Shown here: positions 13,289 through 22,208 of the stretch, one piece after another
How the letters are laid out: every line of letters begins with the position of its first letter
How positions within the stretch are numbered: position 1 is the first letter of the stretch
Assembly: GCA_947085095.1 (NCBI GenBank)
Contig: CAMTVD010000014.1
Location: 32,001 to 96,000, forward strand
DNA: 64,000 nt
Origin: an uncultured Thermus sp.
GTDB lineage: Bacteria; Deinococcota; Deinococci; Deinococcales; Thermaceae
Reading direction: 5' to 3'
Notes under the pieces: model-generated
Seen by the model: the letters and a program-made list of their open reading frames with translations, nothing else
Told to the model about the DNA's origin: nothing
Database searches by the model: none
Made by a program: the position numbers and the translations under genes

Positions 13289-14090
13289 CCCGGTGGCTCA
13301 CCTCCACCCGGAAGCGGCCCGCTAGGTCCTCGGCCAGCCTCTCCGCCACGGCCACGCTCCGGTGCCGCCCCCCCGTGCACCCCACGGCCACGGTGTAGAA
13401 GGCCCGCCCCTCCTTCCTGGCCCCCTCCGCGGAAAGCCCCGCCACCGCCAGGAGGGTCCGGTAGAAGGGCTCCTCCTCCTCCCGGAAGACGTAGGCCCTG
13501 ACTTCGGGATCCAGGCCCGTTTTGGGCTTGAGGAGGGGGTCGTAGTGGGGGTTGGGGAGGGGGCGCACGTCCAGCACCAGATCCGCCTCCTGGGGCGGCC
13601 CCCACTTGAAGCCGAAGGAGAGGAGGCGCAGGGTAAAGCCCTTTTCCTCCCCCAGAAAGCGGGCCAGGGCCTCCTTAAGGGCCCTTGGGGAAAGGTCCGA
13701 GGTGTCCAGGACCAGGTGGGCCTTTTCTCTGAGGACGGAGAGGACCTGCCGCTCTTGGCTGATCTCCCGCATGAGGTTCCCCGCTCCCAAAGGGTGGAGG
13801 CGGCGGGTGAGGTTGTAGCGCCTAAGGAGGACCTCGGGGCGGGCCTCGAGGTAGACCACGGTGGGTTTGAGCACCGCCAGGGCCTCTTCCAGGTCGGCGA
13901 AGAAGGCCAGGGACCGGGCGTCCAGCACCACCCCCGCCCGCTCCACTCCCTTCTTCCCAAGTTCCTCCAGGAGGGGCCCCCAGAGGCCTGGAGGCAGGTT
14001 GTCCACCATGAAGTAGCCCAGGTCCTCCAAGAACCCCTTGGCCGTGGTCTTGCCCGCCCCGGAAAGGCCGCTCAGGACCAGGAAGCGCAT
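13269..14090 (-). CDS. rapZ: RNase adapter / nucleotide-binding protein RapZ (YvcJ)
   Basis: Motifs GLSGAGKT, VDNLP, SFGFKWG, DVRPLPNPH and GCTGGRHRSV. Confidence 0.95.
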   Translation of the reverse strand: MRFLVLSGLSGAGKTTAKGFLEDLGYFMVDNLPPGLWGPLLEELGKKGVERAGVVLDARSLAFFADLEEALAVLKPTVVYLEARPEVLLRRYNLTRRLHPLGAGNLMREISQERQVLSVLREKAHLVLDTSDLSPRALKEALARFLGEEKGFTLRLLSFGFKWGPPQEADLVLDVRPLPNPHYDPLLKPKTGLDPEVRAYVFREEEEPFYRTLLAVAGLSAEGARKEGRAFYTVAVGCTGGRHRSVAVAERLAEDLAGRFRVEVSHRDVEKEA

Positions 14091-14098
14091 CCTCCTGA

Positions 14099-14875
14099 CT
14101 ATACCCGCCTCCTGAGCCAGAGGTTGAAGAGGGCCAGGAGGAAGAGCCCGGGAAGCCCCACCACCCCCACGAGGAGGTCGTGCGGGCGCTCCACCAGAAC
14201 CAGGGAAAGCCCGGCCACCCCGTTCAGGGTGCCGTGGAGGAGGGCGGCGGGCCAGACCGAACCTCCCCTTTCCCGCACGTAGAGGAGGACCGGGGTCAGG
14301 AGGAGGGTGAAGAGGATCATCATGGGCACGCCCAGGAGGCGCTCGTCCGGGTAGTTATGGCCGAAAAGGAGGATCATGGGGGCGTGCCAGAGCCCCCAAT
14401 GGAAGCCGATCTCCAGGGTGGCCGGCCAGAAGCCCCGTTCCCTAAACTTTTCCCAAAGGTACCCCCGCCACATGAGCTCCTCGCCCAGGGCCGCCAGGAG
14501 GTTCACCGTGGCCCCGGCGACGAGCCCCTGGAGGAGGACGAGAACGAGGAGCAGGGGTTCGGGGAGGGGCGGTGGGCCCTCGGGAAAGGTCCAGGCCAGG
14601 CCCCTGTAGACCCCGAAGGGGAGGCTTAGGAGGACGGAGAGGAGGGTGAGGGGAACGGGGAAGAGCCAGGCGAAAAGCCAGTAGCGGTTGGGCCGGAAAC
14701 CCAGGGAAAGCCTTATTCCCTCTCTCCGGGCGAAGGAGAGGGCCACCAGGCCCGGCACCCACATGTAGAGAACCCCCAGGGCCAGGATGGCTGGGGATTC
14801 CGGCCTAACCCCCAAGGCGTAGGCCAGGAGGGCCAAGGCCCAAGAAAGCCCATAGGTCCAGTAAAGTGCCTTCAT
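14099..14875 (-). CDS. CPBP (CAAX/Abi) family intramembrane metalloprotease
   Basis: Motifs GEELMWRGYL, WGLWHAP and LLHGTLN, with multiple TMs. GGAGG lies upstream of ATG 14875. Confidence 0.9.
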   Translation of the reverse strand: MKALYWTYGLSWALALLAYALGVRPESPAILALGVLYMWVPGLVALSFARREGIRLSLGFRPNRYWLFAWLFPVPLTLLSVLLSLPFGVYRGLAWTFPEGPPPLPEPLLLVLVLLQGLVAGATVNLLAALGEELMWRGYLWEKFRERGFWPATLEIGFHWGLWHAPMILLFGHNYPDERLLGVPMMILFTLLLTPVLLYVRERGGSVWPAALLHGTLNGVAGLSLVLVERPHDLLVGVVGLPGLFLLALFNLWLRRRV

Positions 14876-14918
14876 ACCGCCTCCTTCCAGGAGAGGAGGA
14901 GCCTCGGGTCCTCGGGAT

Positions 14919-15116
14919 TCAGGAGGATTCCCGTCCCTCCTCGGTGCTAGCCTCATCCTTCCATCTCCCCGCCTTTTTAACCGCTTCTTTCAGCAAATAT
15001 TCTATCTGGGCGTTCACGCTCCTTAGCTCGTCCTGGGCCCACTTCTCCAGGACCCGGTAGAGCCTAGGGTCCAGCCTGAGGAGAAAGGCCTTTTTCCCCT
15101 CTCGCTTGCCCTTCAC
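14919..15116 (-). CDS. Small ribbon-helix-helix (Arc-like) DNA-binding protein
   Basis: KAFLLRLDP...[17 protein letters not shown]. Confidence 0.85.
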   Translation of the reverse strand: MKGKREGKKAFLLRLDPRLYRVLEKWAQDELRSVNAQIEYLLKEAVKKAGRWKDEASTEEGRESS

Positions 15117-15126
15117 TTCCCCCCTT

Positions 15127-15984
15127 TCAGGCGTAAAGGGTGCCCACGTTCACCACGGGCTGGGCCTGGGTTTCCGAGACCAGGGCCACCATGAGGTTGT
15201 TGATCATGGCCGCCTTCCGCTCCTCGTCTAGAGCGAGCCCAGCCGCCTCGAGGCCCTGAAGAGCCTCCTCCACCATCCCCACCGCCGCCTCCACGATGAG
15301 CCTGCGGGCGGCCACCACCGCCAGGGCCTGCTGGCGGCGGAGCATGGCCTGGGCCACCTCGGGAGCGTAGGCCAGATGGGTGAGGCGGGCCTCGAGGACC
15401 TCCACCCCCGCCACCTTCAGCCTCTCCTGCACCTCGGCCTTCAGCTCCTCGGCGATCTCCTCGGGGTTGCCCCGAAGGGACTTGCCCTCGGCGTCGTAAG
15501 GGTAGCGGCTGGCCAGGGCTCTCAGGGCGGTTTCCGACTGGATGGCGACGAAGGTCTTGTAGTCCTCCACGTCAAAGAGAGCCTTGGCCGTGTCCACCAC
15601 CCGCCAGACCACCACGGCGGCGATCTCTATGGGGTTGCCCAGGGCCTCGTTCACCTTGAGGCGGTCGGAGTTGAAGTTGTGGACCTTGAGGGAGATGCGC
15701 TTTTTCACCGCCAGGGGGTTGGCGAAGTGGAAGCCCGGCTCCCCCACCGTGCCCGCATACCGCCCCAGGAAGACCAGGACCCGGGCCTCGTTGGGTTGCA
15801 CCGTGAAGAGGCCCGCTCCTAAGAGACCCGTGGCCAGCAAGGCCGGGATGAGGTGCCAAAGGTAGGTGGGCTCCCGGGTCAGATGGTACCCCGCCCAGAC
15901 CAGCCAGGCCAGGGCCAAGAGGAGCAGGGCGAAGCCCAAAAAGCCGCTCACGCGCCATGCGGGAAACTCCTTGATCTCACGCAT
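15127..15984 (-). CDS. SPFH/band-7 domain membrane protein
   Basis: Two N-terminal TMs. Motifs [20 protein letters not shown] and [17 protein letters not shown]. Confidence 0.92.
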   Translation of the reverse strand: MREIKEFPAWRVSGFLGFALLLLALAWLVWAGYHLTREPTYLWHLIPALLATGLLGAGLFTVQPNEARVLVFLGRYAGTVGEPGFHFANPLAVKKRISLKVHNFNSDRLKVNEALGNPIEIAAVVVWRVVDTAKALFDVEDYKTFVAIQSETALRALASRYPYDAEGKSLRGNPEEIAEELKAEVQERLKVAGVEVLEARLTHLAYAPEVAQAMLRRQQALAVVAARRLIVEAAVGMVEEALQGLEAAGLALDEERKAAMINNLMVALVSETQAQPVVNVGTLYA

Positions 15985-15994
15985 ACGGCCTCCT

Positions 15995-17173
15995 TCAGTT
16001 TCGGAAGACCACGTCCTCCCGGGCGAAGACCCGCACCGCCAGGAGGAGAGCCAAAGCCCCGTAGACCAGGGTGGACCCCCAGGTGAGGACCACCTGGAGA
16101 CCCTCTGCCTGCCCCTTCAAGAGGGCGTCCATCAGGAGGGCGGTGTTGAAGAGGGGGATCAGGTGGTGCCAGACCGCCAGCTCAAAGAAGCCCCGGAACT
16201 GGAGGAAAAGCAAAGGGAAGAGGGCGAGGAGCAGGAGGGGGGCCATGTAGCTTTGCGCCTCCTTGAAGCTCCGGGCGTAAAGCCCCAGGGCCACCATGAC
16301 CGCTCCCATGAAGAGGGCCAGGAGAAAGGCGGTGAGGAAGAGGGCCAGGAAGCTTCCCCCGTCCATCTGGATCTGCCCTCCTAAGGAGAGGACCTCACCC
16401 CCTCTGGAAGGGATGTCTCCGCCCAGGCGGGCGCTCAAGGCCCCTCCCAGGGCCAAGCCCACTAGCCCCGCCACCCCGGAGAGGAGGGCCATGGCCACCG
16501 TGGCCAGGGTCTTGCCCAAGGCCAGGTGGAAAAGGGGGATGGGGCTGGAGAGGAGGGCCTCGAGGGTCCCCTTCTCCTTCTCCCCGGCGGTGGCATCCAC
16601 CGCCACCACCTGTCCCCCGGAGAGGATGAAGCTCACCAGGAAGAAGGGGAGGAGGAAGCCCAGTAGCCCCCCCGCCTTTTCCCTAGGGGGCGAGGCGTCC
16701 ACCGTCTCCACCTGGAAAGGATGGAGGAGGTCCAGGGGCACCCCCTTCGCGGCCAGGGCCTCGGCCACCTTCCTCTCCTTGAGGCCCTGGAGGGCGGCCT
16801 GCACTTTGCCCACCGCCACCTGGCTTTCCGAAAGCCCTCCCGTCAGGCGGCCGAAGACCCGGTAGCGGCCCTCCTCGTAGACCACGCCCGCGGGGTACTC
16901 CCCTTCCCGCACCGCCCTTTCCGGGTCTGCCACAGGCTTTGGCGCCAGGTTGGCCTCCAAGAGGGCCTCTAGGGCCTCCTGGGGAAGCCCGGCCACCGCC
17001 ACCTCCTGGACCTTGGCCGAGGTCCCTTCCAAGAGGCGGGAGAGGAAGAGGTGGGGGCCGAACATGAAGACCGGCATGAGGAGGACGGGAAGGACCAGGG
17101 TGGAGAAGACCAGCTTCCGATCCCGGAAAACCTGGACCAACTCCTTCCACGCGATACGCCAGACGGGTTTCAT
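15995..17173 (-). CDS. ABC-2 type permease (NatB-like)
   Basis: Motifs [22 protein letters not shown] and [10 protein letters not shown]. Confidence 0.9.
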   Translation of the reverse strand: MKPVWRIAWKELVQVFRDRKLVFSTLVLPVLLMPVFMFGPHLFLSRLLEGTSAKVQEVAVAGLPQEALEALLEANLAPKPVADPERAVREGEYPAGVVYEEGRYRVFGRLTGGLSESQVAVGKVQAALQGLKERKVAEALAAKGVPLDLLHPFQVETVDASPPREKAGGLLGFLLPFFLVSFILSGGQVVAVDATAGEKEKGTLEALLSSPIPLFHLALGKTLATVAMALLSGVAGLVGLALGGALSARLGGDIPSRGGEVLSLGGQIQMDGGSFLALFLTAFLLALFMGAVMVALGLYARSFKEAQSYMAPLLLLALFPLLFLQFRGFFELAVWHHLIPLFNTALLMDALLKGQAEGLQVVLTWGSTLVYGALALLLAVRVFAREDVVFRN

Positions 17174-17889
17174 GCCGCTCCCCTCACCTTTCGGATAAAG
17201 GCTCTCTCCAGGCTTCCTTCCCCCATGGCCAAAGCTTCCTCCTTGCTTCCCTCGTAGATGAGGCGCCCCTGGTGCAAAAAGCCCACCCGGTCGGCCAACT
17301 CCTCGGCTTCAGACATGACGTGGGTGGAGTAGAGGATGGCGTTCCCCAGGTCCCTGTAGCCCTTGACGAAGTCCAGGAGGGCCCGCCTTGCGAAGACGTC
17401 CAGGCCCGCGGTGGCCTCGTCCAGGAAGAGGACGGGGGGGCGGTGGAGGATGGCCCGGGCGATGACCACCTTCTGCCGCATGCCCGTGGACATCTCCATG
17501 ACCCTCTTGTCCAGGGTTTCCTCCATGGAAAGAAGGGCTACCACCCAGTCCAGGGCCTCCCGGAAGGCCTGCCCCTCGAGGCCGTAGAAGGAAGCGAAGA
17601 AGGCCAGGACCTCCCGCCCCGTGAGGCGCTCGTAGACCCGCATCCCCCCGTTCACCAGGCCCAGACGGCGGCGGGCCTCTAAGGGCTCCTTCAGCACGTC
17701 AAACCCCGCCACCTCCGCCCGTCCCGCCGTGGGCCGCACCAGGGTGGAAAGCATCCTGAGGGTGGTGGTCTTGCCCGCCCCGTTGGGGCCCAAAAGGGCG
17801 TAGACCTCTCCCGCCCCCACCAGCAAGGAGAGTCCCTCCACGGCGACTTGTGGACCGTAGCGCTTGCTCAGTCCCTCGGTTAGGACCAC
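17170..17889 (-). CDS. ABC transporter ATP-binding protein (NatA-like)
   Basis: Walker A GPNGAGKTT, signature MSTGMRQK, Walker B FLDEAT. GTG 17889 lies 6 nt after TATAAT. Confidence 0.93.
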   Translation of the reverse strand: MVLTEGLSKRYGPQVAVEGLSLLVGAGEVYALLGPNGAGKTTTLRMLSTLVRPTAGRAEVAGFDVLKEPLEARRRLGLVNGGMRVYERLTGREVLAFFASFYGLEGQAFREALDWVVALLSMEETLDKRVMEMSTGMRQKVVIARAILHRPPVLFLDEATAGLDVFARRALLDFVKGYRDLGNAILYSTHVMSEAEELADRVGFLHQGRLIYEGSKEEALAMGEGSLERAFIRKVRGAA

Positions 17890-17960
17890 GGGGATATTAT
17901 AGCAGAGTGATATCACTATGCAAGAGCCCCTTCCTTTCCCGGGGAGGGGATAATGGAGGT

Positions 17961-18245
17961 GTGAAGGCCATGACCTTCTGGGTCAAGCCCAGAAGCTCCA
18001 TAGAGGCCCTGCCCGAGGCAGGGGACCTGGTGCAGGATCTCCTGGAGCTCTTCTACGAGTACTTCCCCGAGTACGAGGGGTGCCTGGGCTTCTCCCAGTC
18101 TCCCAGGCGGCCCCGGTACCTCTTCCTTTACATGGAAGGCCCCTGCGGGGGGCTTTTGCCCTCCGCCGCCCTCTTTCTGAAGGATCTCTTGGAAAATGCC
18201 TTTCCCGGGGCCGAGGTGCGGGTCTACGGCAAGCCCTGGCCCTAG
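17961..18245 (+). CDS. Hypothetical protein
   Basis: 94-aa ORF with host-like codon usage filling the gap between divergent and convergent genes. Start uncertain (17961 or 17970). Confidence 0.6.
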   Translation: MKAMTFWVKPRSSIEALPEAGDLVQDLLELFYEYFPEYEGCLGFSQSPRRPRYLFLYMEGPCGGLLPSAALFLKDLLENAFPGAEVRVYGKPWP

Positions 18246-18805
18246 CGCCTTTTCTTGACCAGCCAGCCCTCCTCCCTGACCCCTTCCCGGGCGTTCACCA
18301 CCCGGGCCAGGACGAAGAGGAGGTCGGAAAGGCGGTTCAGGTAGCGGATGGCCTCGGGGTTGACGGGCTCCTCCCGGCTCAGGGCCACCACCTTGCGCTC
18401 CGCCCGCCGCACCACGGTGCGGGCCAGATGCAGGGCCGCCGCCGCGGGGTGCCCCCCGGGGAGGATGAAGCCTTGGAAGGGAGGGCTTTCCTCCTGGTAG
18501 CGGTCTATGAGCCTTTCCAGGTTCTCCACGTCCTCGGCGTCCATGCGGGCGATGTTCTTCTCGTAGGGGCTTCCCATGCGGGTGGCCAGGTCCGCCCCCA
18601 GGTCAAAGAGGGCGTTCTGGATGCGCTCCAGGAGATCGTGGAGGTCCAGGTGCTCCTGGGGCATGAGGCTCCGGGCCAGGCCGATGGCGCTGTTGGCCTC
18701 GTCCACGGTGCCGTAGGCCTCCACCCGGGGGTGGGCCTTCACCACCCGTTCGGCCCCATAGAGGCCGGTCTCCCCTGCGTCCCCCGTCTTGGTGTAAATC
18801 CTCAT
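18242..18805 (-). CDS. Cob(I)alamin adenosyltransferase, PduO type
   Basis: Motifs IYTKTGDAGET, YGTVDEANS, FILPGG, RTVVRRAER and YLNRLSD. Confidence 0.95.
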   Translation of the reverse strand: MRIYTKTGDAGETGLYGAERVVKAHPRVEAYGTVDEANSAIGLARSLMPQEHLDLHDLLERIQNALFDLGADLATRMGSPYEKNIARMDAEDVENLERLIDRYQEESPPFQGFILPGGHPAAAALHLARTVVRRAERKVVALSREEPVNPEAIRYLNRLSDLLFVLARVVNAREGVREEGWLVKKRR

Positions 18806-18828
18806 GGCCCCATTGTAGGGCCCTGGGG

Positions 18829-18860
18829 AAAAGAGAGTCCCCCGGGAAGGCTCCCGGGGG
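18829..18860 (-). terminator. Probable intrinsic terminator after tRNA-Arg
   Basis: Minus strand CCCCCGGGA-GCCT-TCCCGGGGG followed by ACTCTCTTTT. Confidence 0.55.
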
Positions 18861-18864
18861 CGTT

Positions 18865-18941
18865 TGGCGGGCCCGAGAGGATTCGAACCCCTGACCTGCT
18901 GATCCGTAGTCAGCCGCTCTATCCAACTGAGCTACGGGCCC
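18865..18941 (-). tRNA. tRNA-Arg(ACG)
   Basis: GGGCCCGTAGCTCAGTTGGATAGAGC, anticodon arm GCTGA-CTACGGA-TCAGC, GGTTCGAATCC, and encoded CCA. Confidence 0.97.
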
Positions 18942-18953
18942 AAGCCGAACCCT

Positions 18954-18983
18954 AACTTAGCATGGGAAAGCCCCTTTTGTCAA
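18954..18983 (-). promoter_or_regulatory. Sigma70-type promoter of tRNA-Arg
   Basis: TTGACA-N18-TAAGTT on the minus strand. Confidence 0.65.
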
Positions 18984-18993
18984 TAATGAGCGC

Positions 18994-19206
18994 GTGCGGC
19001 GAAAGCGCCTCAAGGCCCACCTGCTCGCCCTTTTGCAGGAGCCTCGCTCCCTGGAGGAACTCCACGCCCTTTTGAAGCCTTTTTACCCAGGCCTTTCCAA
19101 GGCCACCCTCTTCGCCCTCTTGGTCCGCCTTCGCCGGGAGGGGCAGGTGCTTTACCAGGGGGAGGGCTTCCTCTTATCGGGGGAAGAGAAAGGTAAGGAC
19201 GCTTAG
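18994..19206 (+). CDS. Small winged-helix-like protein
   Basis: 70 aa with an HTH-like pattern (PRSLEELHALL...SKATLFALLVRLRREGQV). Confidence 0.55.
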   Translation: MRRKRLKAHLLALLQEPRSLEELHALLKPFYPGLSKATLFALLVRLRREGQVLYQGEGFLLSGEEKGKDA

Positions 19207-21039
19207 GCCATCGGCAAGCTGAACCTCAAACCGCCCTTCCCGGGGGAGGCCCTCCGTGGAGAAGCGGGCCTCCCCGCCCCGGTGCCAGAGGCCCAGGGTG
19301 GTGCGGGTCCCGTCCTCCGCCACGTGGACCAAGGAGAGGTAAGGGTAACCCGCCCAGCGTACCCGGAGGAAGCCCCCTTCCTCCCGGAGCTCCACCTTTG
19401 GCTCCGCTCGCGGCCTCAGGCCCGCCGCCACCTCCTCGAGGAGGACCCCATCCCGCCAGAGGCTCACCCGGTTCCACTCCCCCAAGGGGAGCCGGGCCTG
19501 GAAGTGGAGGGTGCCCTCGGAGTCCTCCAGGACGTACACCTCCACTTCAAGATAGCCCTCCCGCTGGCCCACCCCGTGGGCCCGCAGGCGGTAGGGGGAG
19601 GGCCTCCCCTCCGGGGCCACCGCCAGCCTCAGGGGCGGGTTGAAGGCCACCTCGTCCCCCCGGATGCGCCCGGAGAAGAGCAGCCCTTCCTGGGGCAGGG
19701 ACTGGGGCCTGGGCGGGTTCTGCTCCAGGAAGGCCTGGGCGTGCTCGTAGGTGTAGTCGGAGATCCACTGGGGGGCGCAGTAGCTCATGAGGTCGTAGCG
19801 CTCGCTGGGGTTGCGGAGGGTCCTGCTTTCCAGATCGTACCCCCAGGTGCCGATCAGGCCGTTGGGATAGGGGTAGTTGGGGTCCCCGCTGGTGCCGCAA
19901 GGGGCGTGGCCGCGGCCAAAGTTGTGCCCGAGTTCATGGGCCATGACGGTGGGGGCGCTCCCCGCGTGATCCCACCCCGCGGCCACGGGATGGCCGATGT
20001 AGCCGATCCCGGCGATGCCGGAGGTGTAGGTGACCCGCACGAAGCCGTAGTAGTAGCGCCCGCTGCCGTCCGCCTGGCGTAGGAGCCGGATTTCATCCAA
20101 AAGCCGGCTCCAGCTGTTGCCATCGCTGGGACTGAGGGTGCCGGAGAAGGTGTAAGGGGCCCGGGTGGTGGAGGAGATGTTCTGGAGGGGCCAGATGCGC
20201 CAGAGGGTCTGGGCGAAGTTGGGGATGGAGGCGGTCTGCTCCTGGTGCACCACCGGCACCACGGTGAGGTGGAGGACGGTGCCCGCACCCACGGGGGGGC
20301 TCAGGGTGAGGGCGTTGTCGCTTTCGTCGCTTTCGGCCACCTGGTTGTGGGGGTCAGCCCGGACCTCCACCCTGAGGCCGGAGGCCACCCAGTTCCCGGG
20401 TAAGGTGGCGTTGCAGGTGGTGGCCAGGTCGCCCTGGGCGGTGGAGGTGGGGACGGGGTTGGGGCAGGTGAAGCTCAGGTTCCCCTGGAAGGTGCCTCCC
20501 AGGTAGGCCGCTCCTGCGAGGGGCTGGGTTAGGGTGAGGGCGTTTGGGCTAGCCACCAGGTGCACCCGGAGGAGCGCCTCCTTCCCCGCCACCAGGCGGA
20601 GCCCTTCCTTGAGGACGGTCTGGCCCCACTCCGCTTTGAGGATGCGGAGGTTGACCGTGGAGGCCGCCTGGACCTGAAGGGTTAGGGGAACTTCCTTGGT
20701 AAGGCCGCCGCTGGTGCCCCGGACCTTGAGGGCGTAGGTGCCCGGGGCCAGGGAGGGGCTAGCGGAAAGCGCCAGCATGGGGGCGGAGGGTATAGGGGTA
20801 GTGGAAGGGGAGAGGCTGACCGAGGCGAAGGGGGCGTTGTTGCTGTCCACCAGGCGAAGGCTTAGGGTCCCACCGCTTCCCGTCACGGAAAGGCGCACAT
20901 AGGCGGTGCTCCCAGGGACGAGGGTGAGCTGGTTGCTTTCCAGCAACAAGGAGAAAGCGGGAGGTGGAGGGGTGTTGGCGGGGGGGGCGGTGCAAGCCCC
21001 TAGGGACAGGGCCAAGAGAAGGGCCGCTCTAAAGCCCAT
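19174..21039 (-). CDS. Lipoprotein zinc metallopeptidase (metzincin, M66-like) with Ig/CARDB-like domains
   Basis: Lipobox LGAC, zinc motif HELGHNFGRGH, Met-turn LMSYC, and CARDB-like ADPHNQVAESDESDN. Confidence 0.85.
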   Translation of the reverse strand: MGFRAALLLALSLGACTAPPANTPPPPAFSLLLESNQLTLVPGSTAYVRLSVTGSGGTLSLRLVDSNNAPFASVSLSPSTTPIPSAPMLALSASPSLAPGTYALKVRGTSGGLTKEVPLTLQVQAASTVNLRILKAEWGQTVLKEGLRLVAGKEALLRVHLVASPNALTLTQPLAGAAYLGGTFQGNLSFTCPNPVPTSTAQGDLATTCNATLPGNWVASGLRVEVRADPHNQVAESDESDNALTLSPPVGAGTVLHLTVVPVVHQEQTASIPNFAQTLWRIWPLQNISSTTRAPYTFSGTLSPSDGNSWSRLLDEIRLLRQADGSGRYYYGFVRVTYTSGIAGIGYIGHPVAAGWDHAGSAPTVMAHELGHNFGRGHAPCGTSGDPNYPYPNGLIGTWGYDLESRTLRNPSERYDLMSYCAPQWISDYTYEHAQAFLEQNPPRPQSLPQEGLLFSGRIRGDEVAFNPPLRLAVAPEGRPSPYRLRAHGVGQREGYLEVEVYVLEDSEGTLHFQARLPLGEWNRVSLWRDGVLLEEVAAGLRPRAEPKVELREEGGFLRVRWAGYPYLSLVHVAEDGTRTTLGLWHRGGEARFSTEGLPREGRFEVQLADGLSVLTFLFPR

Positions 21040-21098
21040 ACCCTTGACCCTAGCAGGCCCTGGGGGAAAGCGGATGAGAGGTGCTATCCTGGGCCTTA

Positions 21099-22208
21099 AT
21101 GCGGCCTGGGCTTTCCGCGAGGCGCCTGGTGGTGAAGGTGGGGAGCGCCGTCCTGGCCGGGGAAGAGGGTCTGGACCTGGAGGCCATGGGGAAGATCGCC
21201 CACCAGGTGGCCCTCTTGCGCCAGGAGGGGCGGGAGGTGGTCCTGGTCTCCTCGGGGGCGGTGGCGGCGGGCATGGCCCTCATGGGGCTTCCTAGGCCCA
21301 AGGACATGCCCAAGAAGCAGGCTTTGGCGGCCATCGGCCAGCCCCTCCTCATGGCCCTTTGGCGGGAAGCCTTCGCCCCCTTGGGCCTTCGGGTGGCCCA
21401 GGTCCTCCTCACCGCCGAGGACCTCTCCGCCCGGGGGCGCTACCTGAACGCCAAGGCCACTCTGAGGGCCCTTCTGGACCTGGGGGTGGTCCCCATCATC
21501 AACGAGAACGACACCGTGGCCTTCCACGAGATCCGCTTTGGGGACAACGACCAGCTCTCCGCCCGGGTGGCCGCTTTGGTGGAGGCGGGGCTTCTCCTCC
21601 TCCTTTCCGACGTGGACGCTCTCTACGAGGAGGACCCCAAGCAAAACCCCGGGGCCAGGCCCATCCTCGAGGTGGAGTCCGTGGAGGCCGTCTTGGGCCA
21701 CGCCGGGGAGGGCAACCCCTTGGGCAGCGGGGGGATGCGGAGCAAGCTTCTCGCCGCCAGGCTGGCGGGGAGGGTGGGTATCCCCACCCTCCTCCTCCCC
21801 GGCAGGCGGCCCGGGGTCATCCTGCAGGCCCTGAAGGGGGCTGCGATCGGCACTTACTTCCACGCCAAAAGGCGCTACCGGGGGGAGAAGGCCTGGCTCT
21901 ATGGGCTCCTTCGCCCCAAGGGGGAGCTGGTCTTGGACGCGGGGGCGGTTAGGGCCCTGAAGGAGCGGGGGGCGAGCCTCCTTCCCGCGGGCATTAAGGA
22001 GGTGCGGGGGAGGTTTGGCCGGGGAGAAGCGGTCCGCTTACTTTCGGAAAGCGGGGAGGAGATTGGCGTGGGCCTCGTCAACTATGCCGCCGAGGAGGTG
22101 GCCCGCATCAAGGGCAGGAGGAGCTTAGAGATAGAGGAGGTTCTGGGCTACCGCTACACCGAGGAGGTGGTCCACCGGGACCACCTGGCCCTGAAGGAGG
22201 AGGCATGA
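21099..22208 (+). CDS. proB: Glutamate 5-kinase
   Basis: Motifs VVKVGSAVL, VSSGAVAAG, INENDTV, FGDNDQLSA and GGMRSK, plus a C-terminal PUA domain. Confidence 0.97.
   Translation: MRPGLSARRLVVKVGSAVLAGEEGLDLEAMGKIAHQVALLRQEGREVVLVSSGAVAAGMALMGLPRPKDMPKKQALAAIGQPLLMALWREAFAPLGLRVAQVLLTAEDLSARGRYLNAKATLRALLDLGVVPIINENDTVAFHEIRFGDNDQLSARVAALVEAGLLLLLSDVDALYEEDPKQNPGARPILEVESVEAVLGHAGEGNPLGSGGMRSKLLAARLAGRVGIPTLLLPGRRPGVILQALKGAAIGTYFHAKRRYRGEKAWLYGLLRPKGELVLDAGAVRALKERGASLLPAGIKEVRGRFGRGEAVRLLSESGEEIGVGLVNYAAEEVARIKGRRSLEIEEVLGYRYTEEVVHRDHLALKEEA

Noticed and set aside
18806..18941. Integrative element at tRNA-Arg or the tRNA-Gln/Glu cluster
   Set aside because: There is no integrase or transposase, and no displaced tRNA 3' fragment. 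The repeated tRNA-Glu 3' end belongs to two complete tRNAs.
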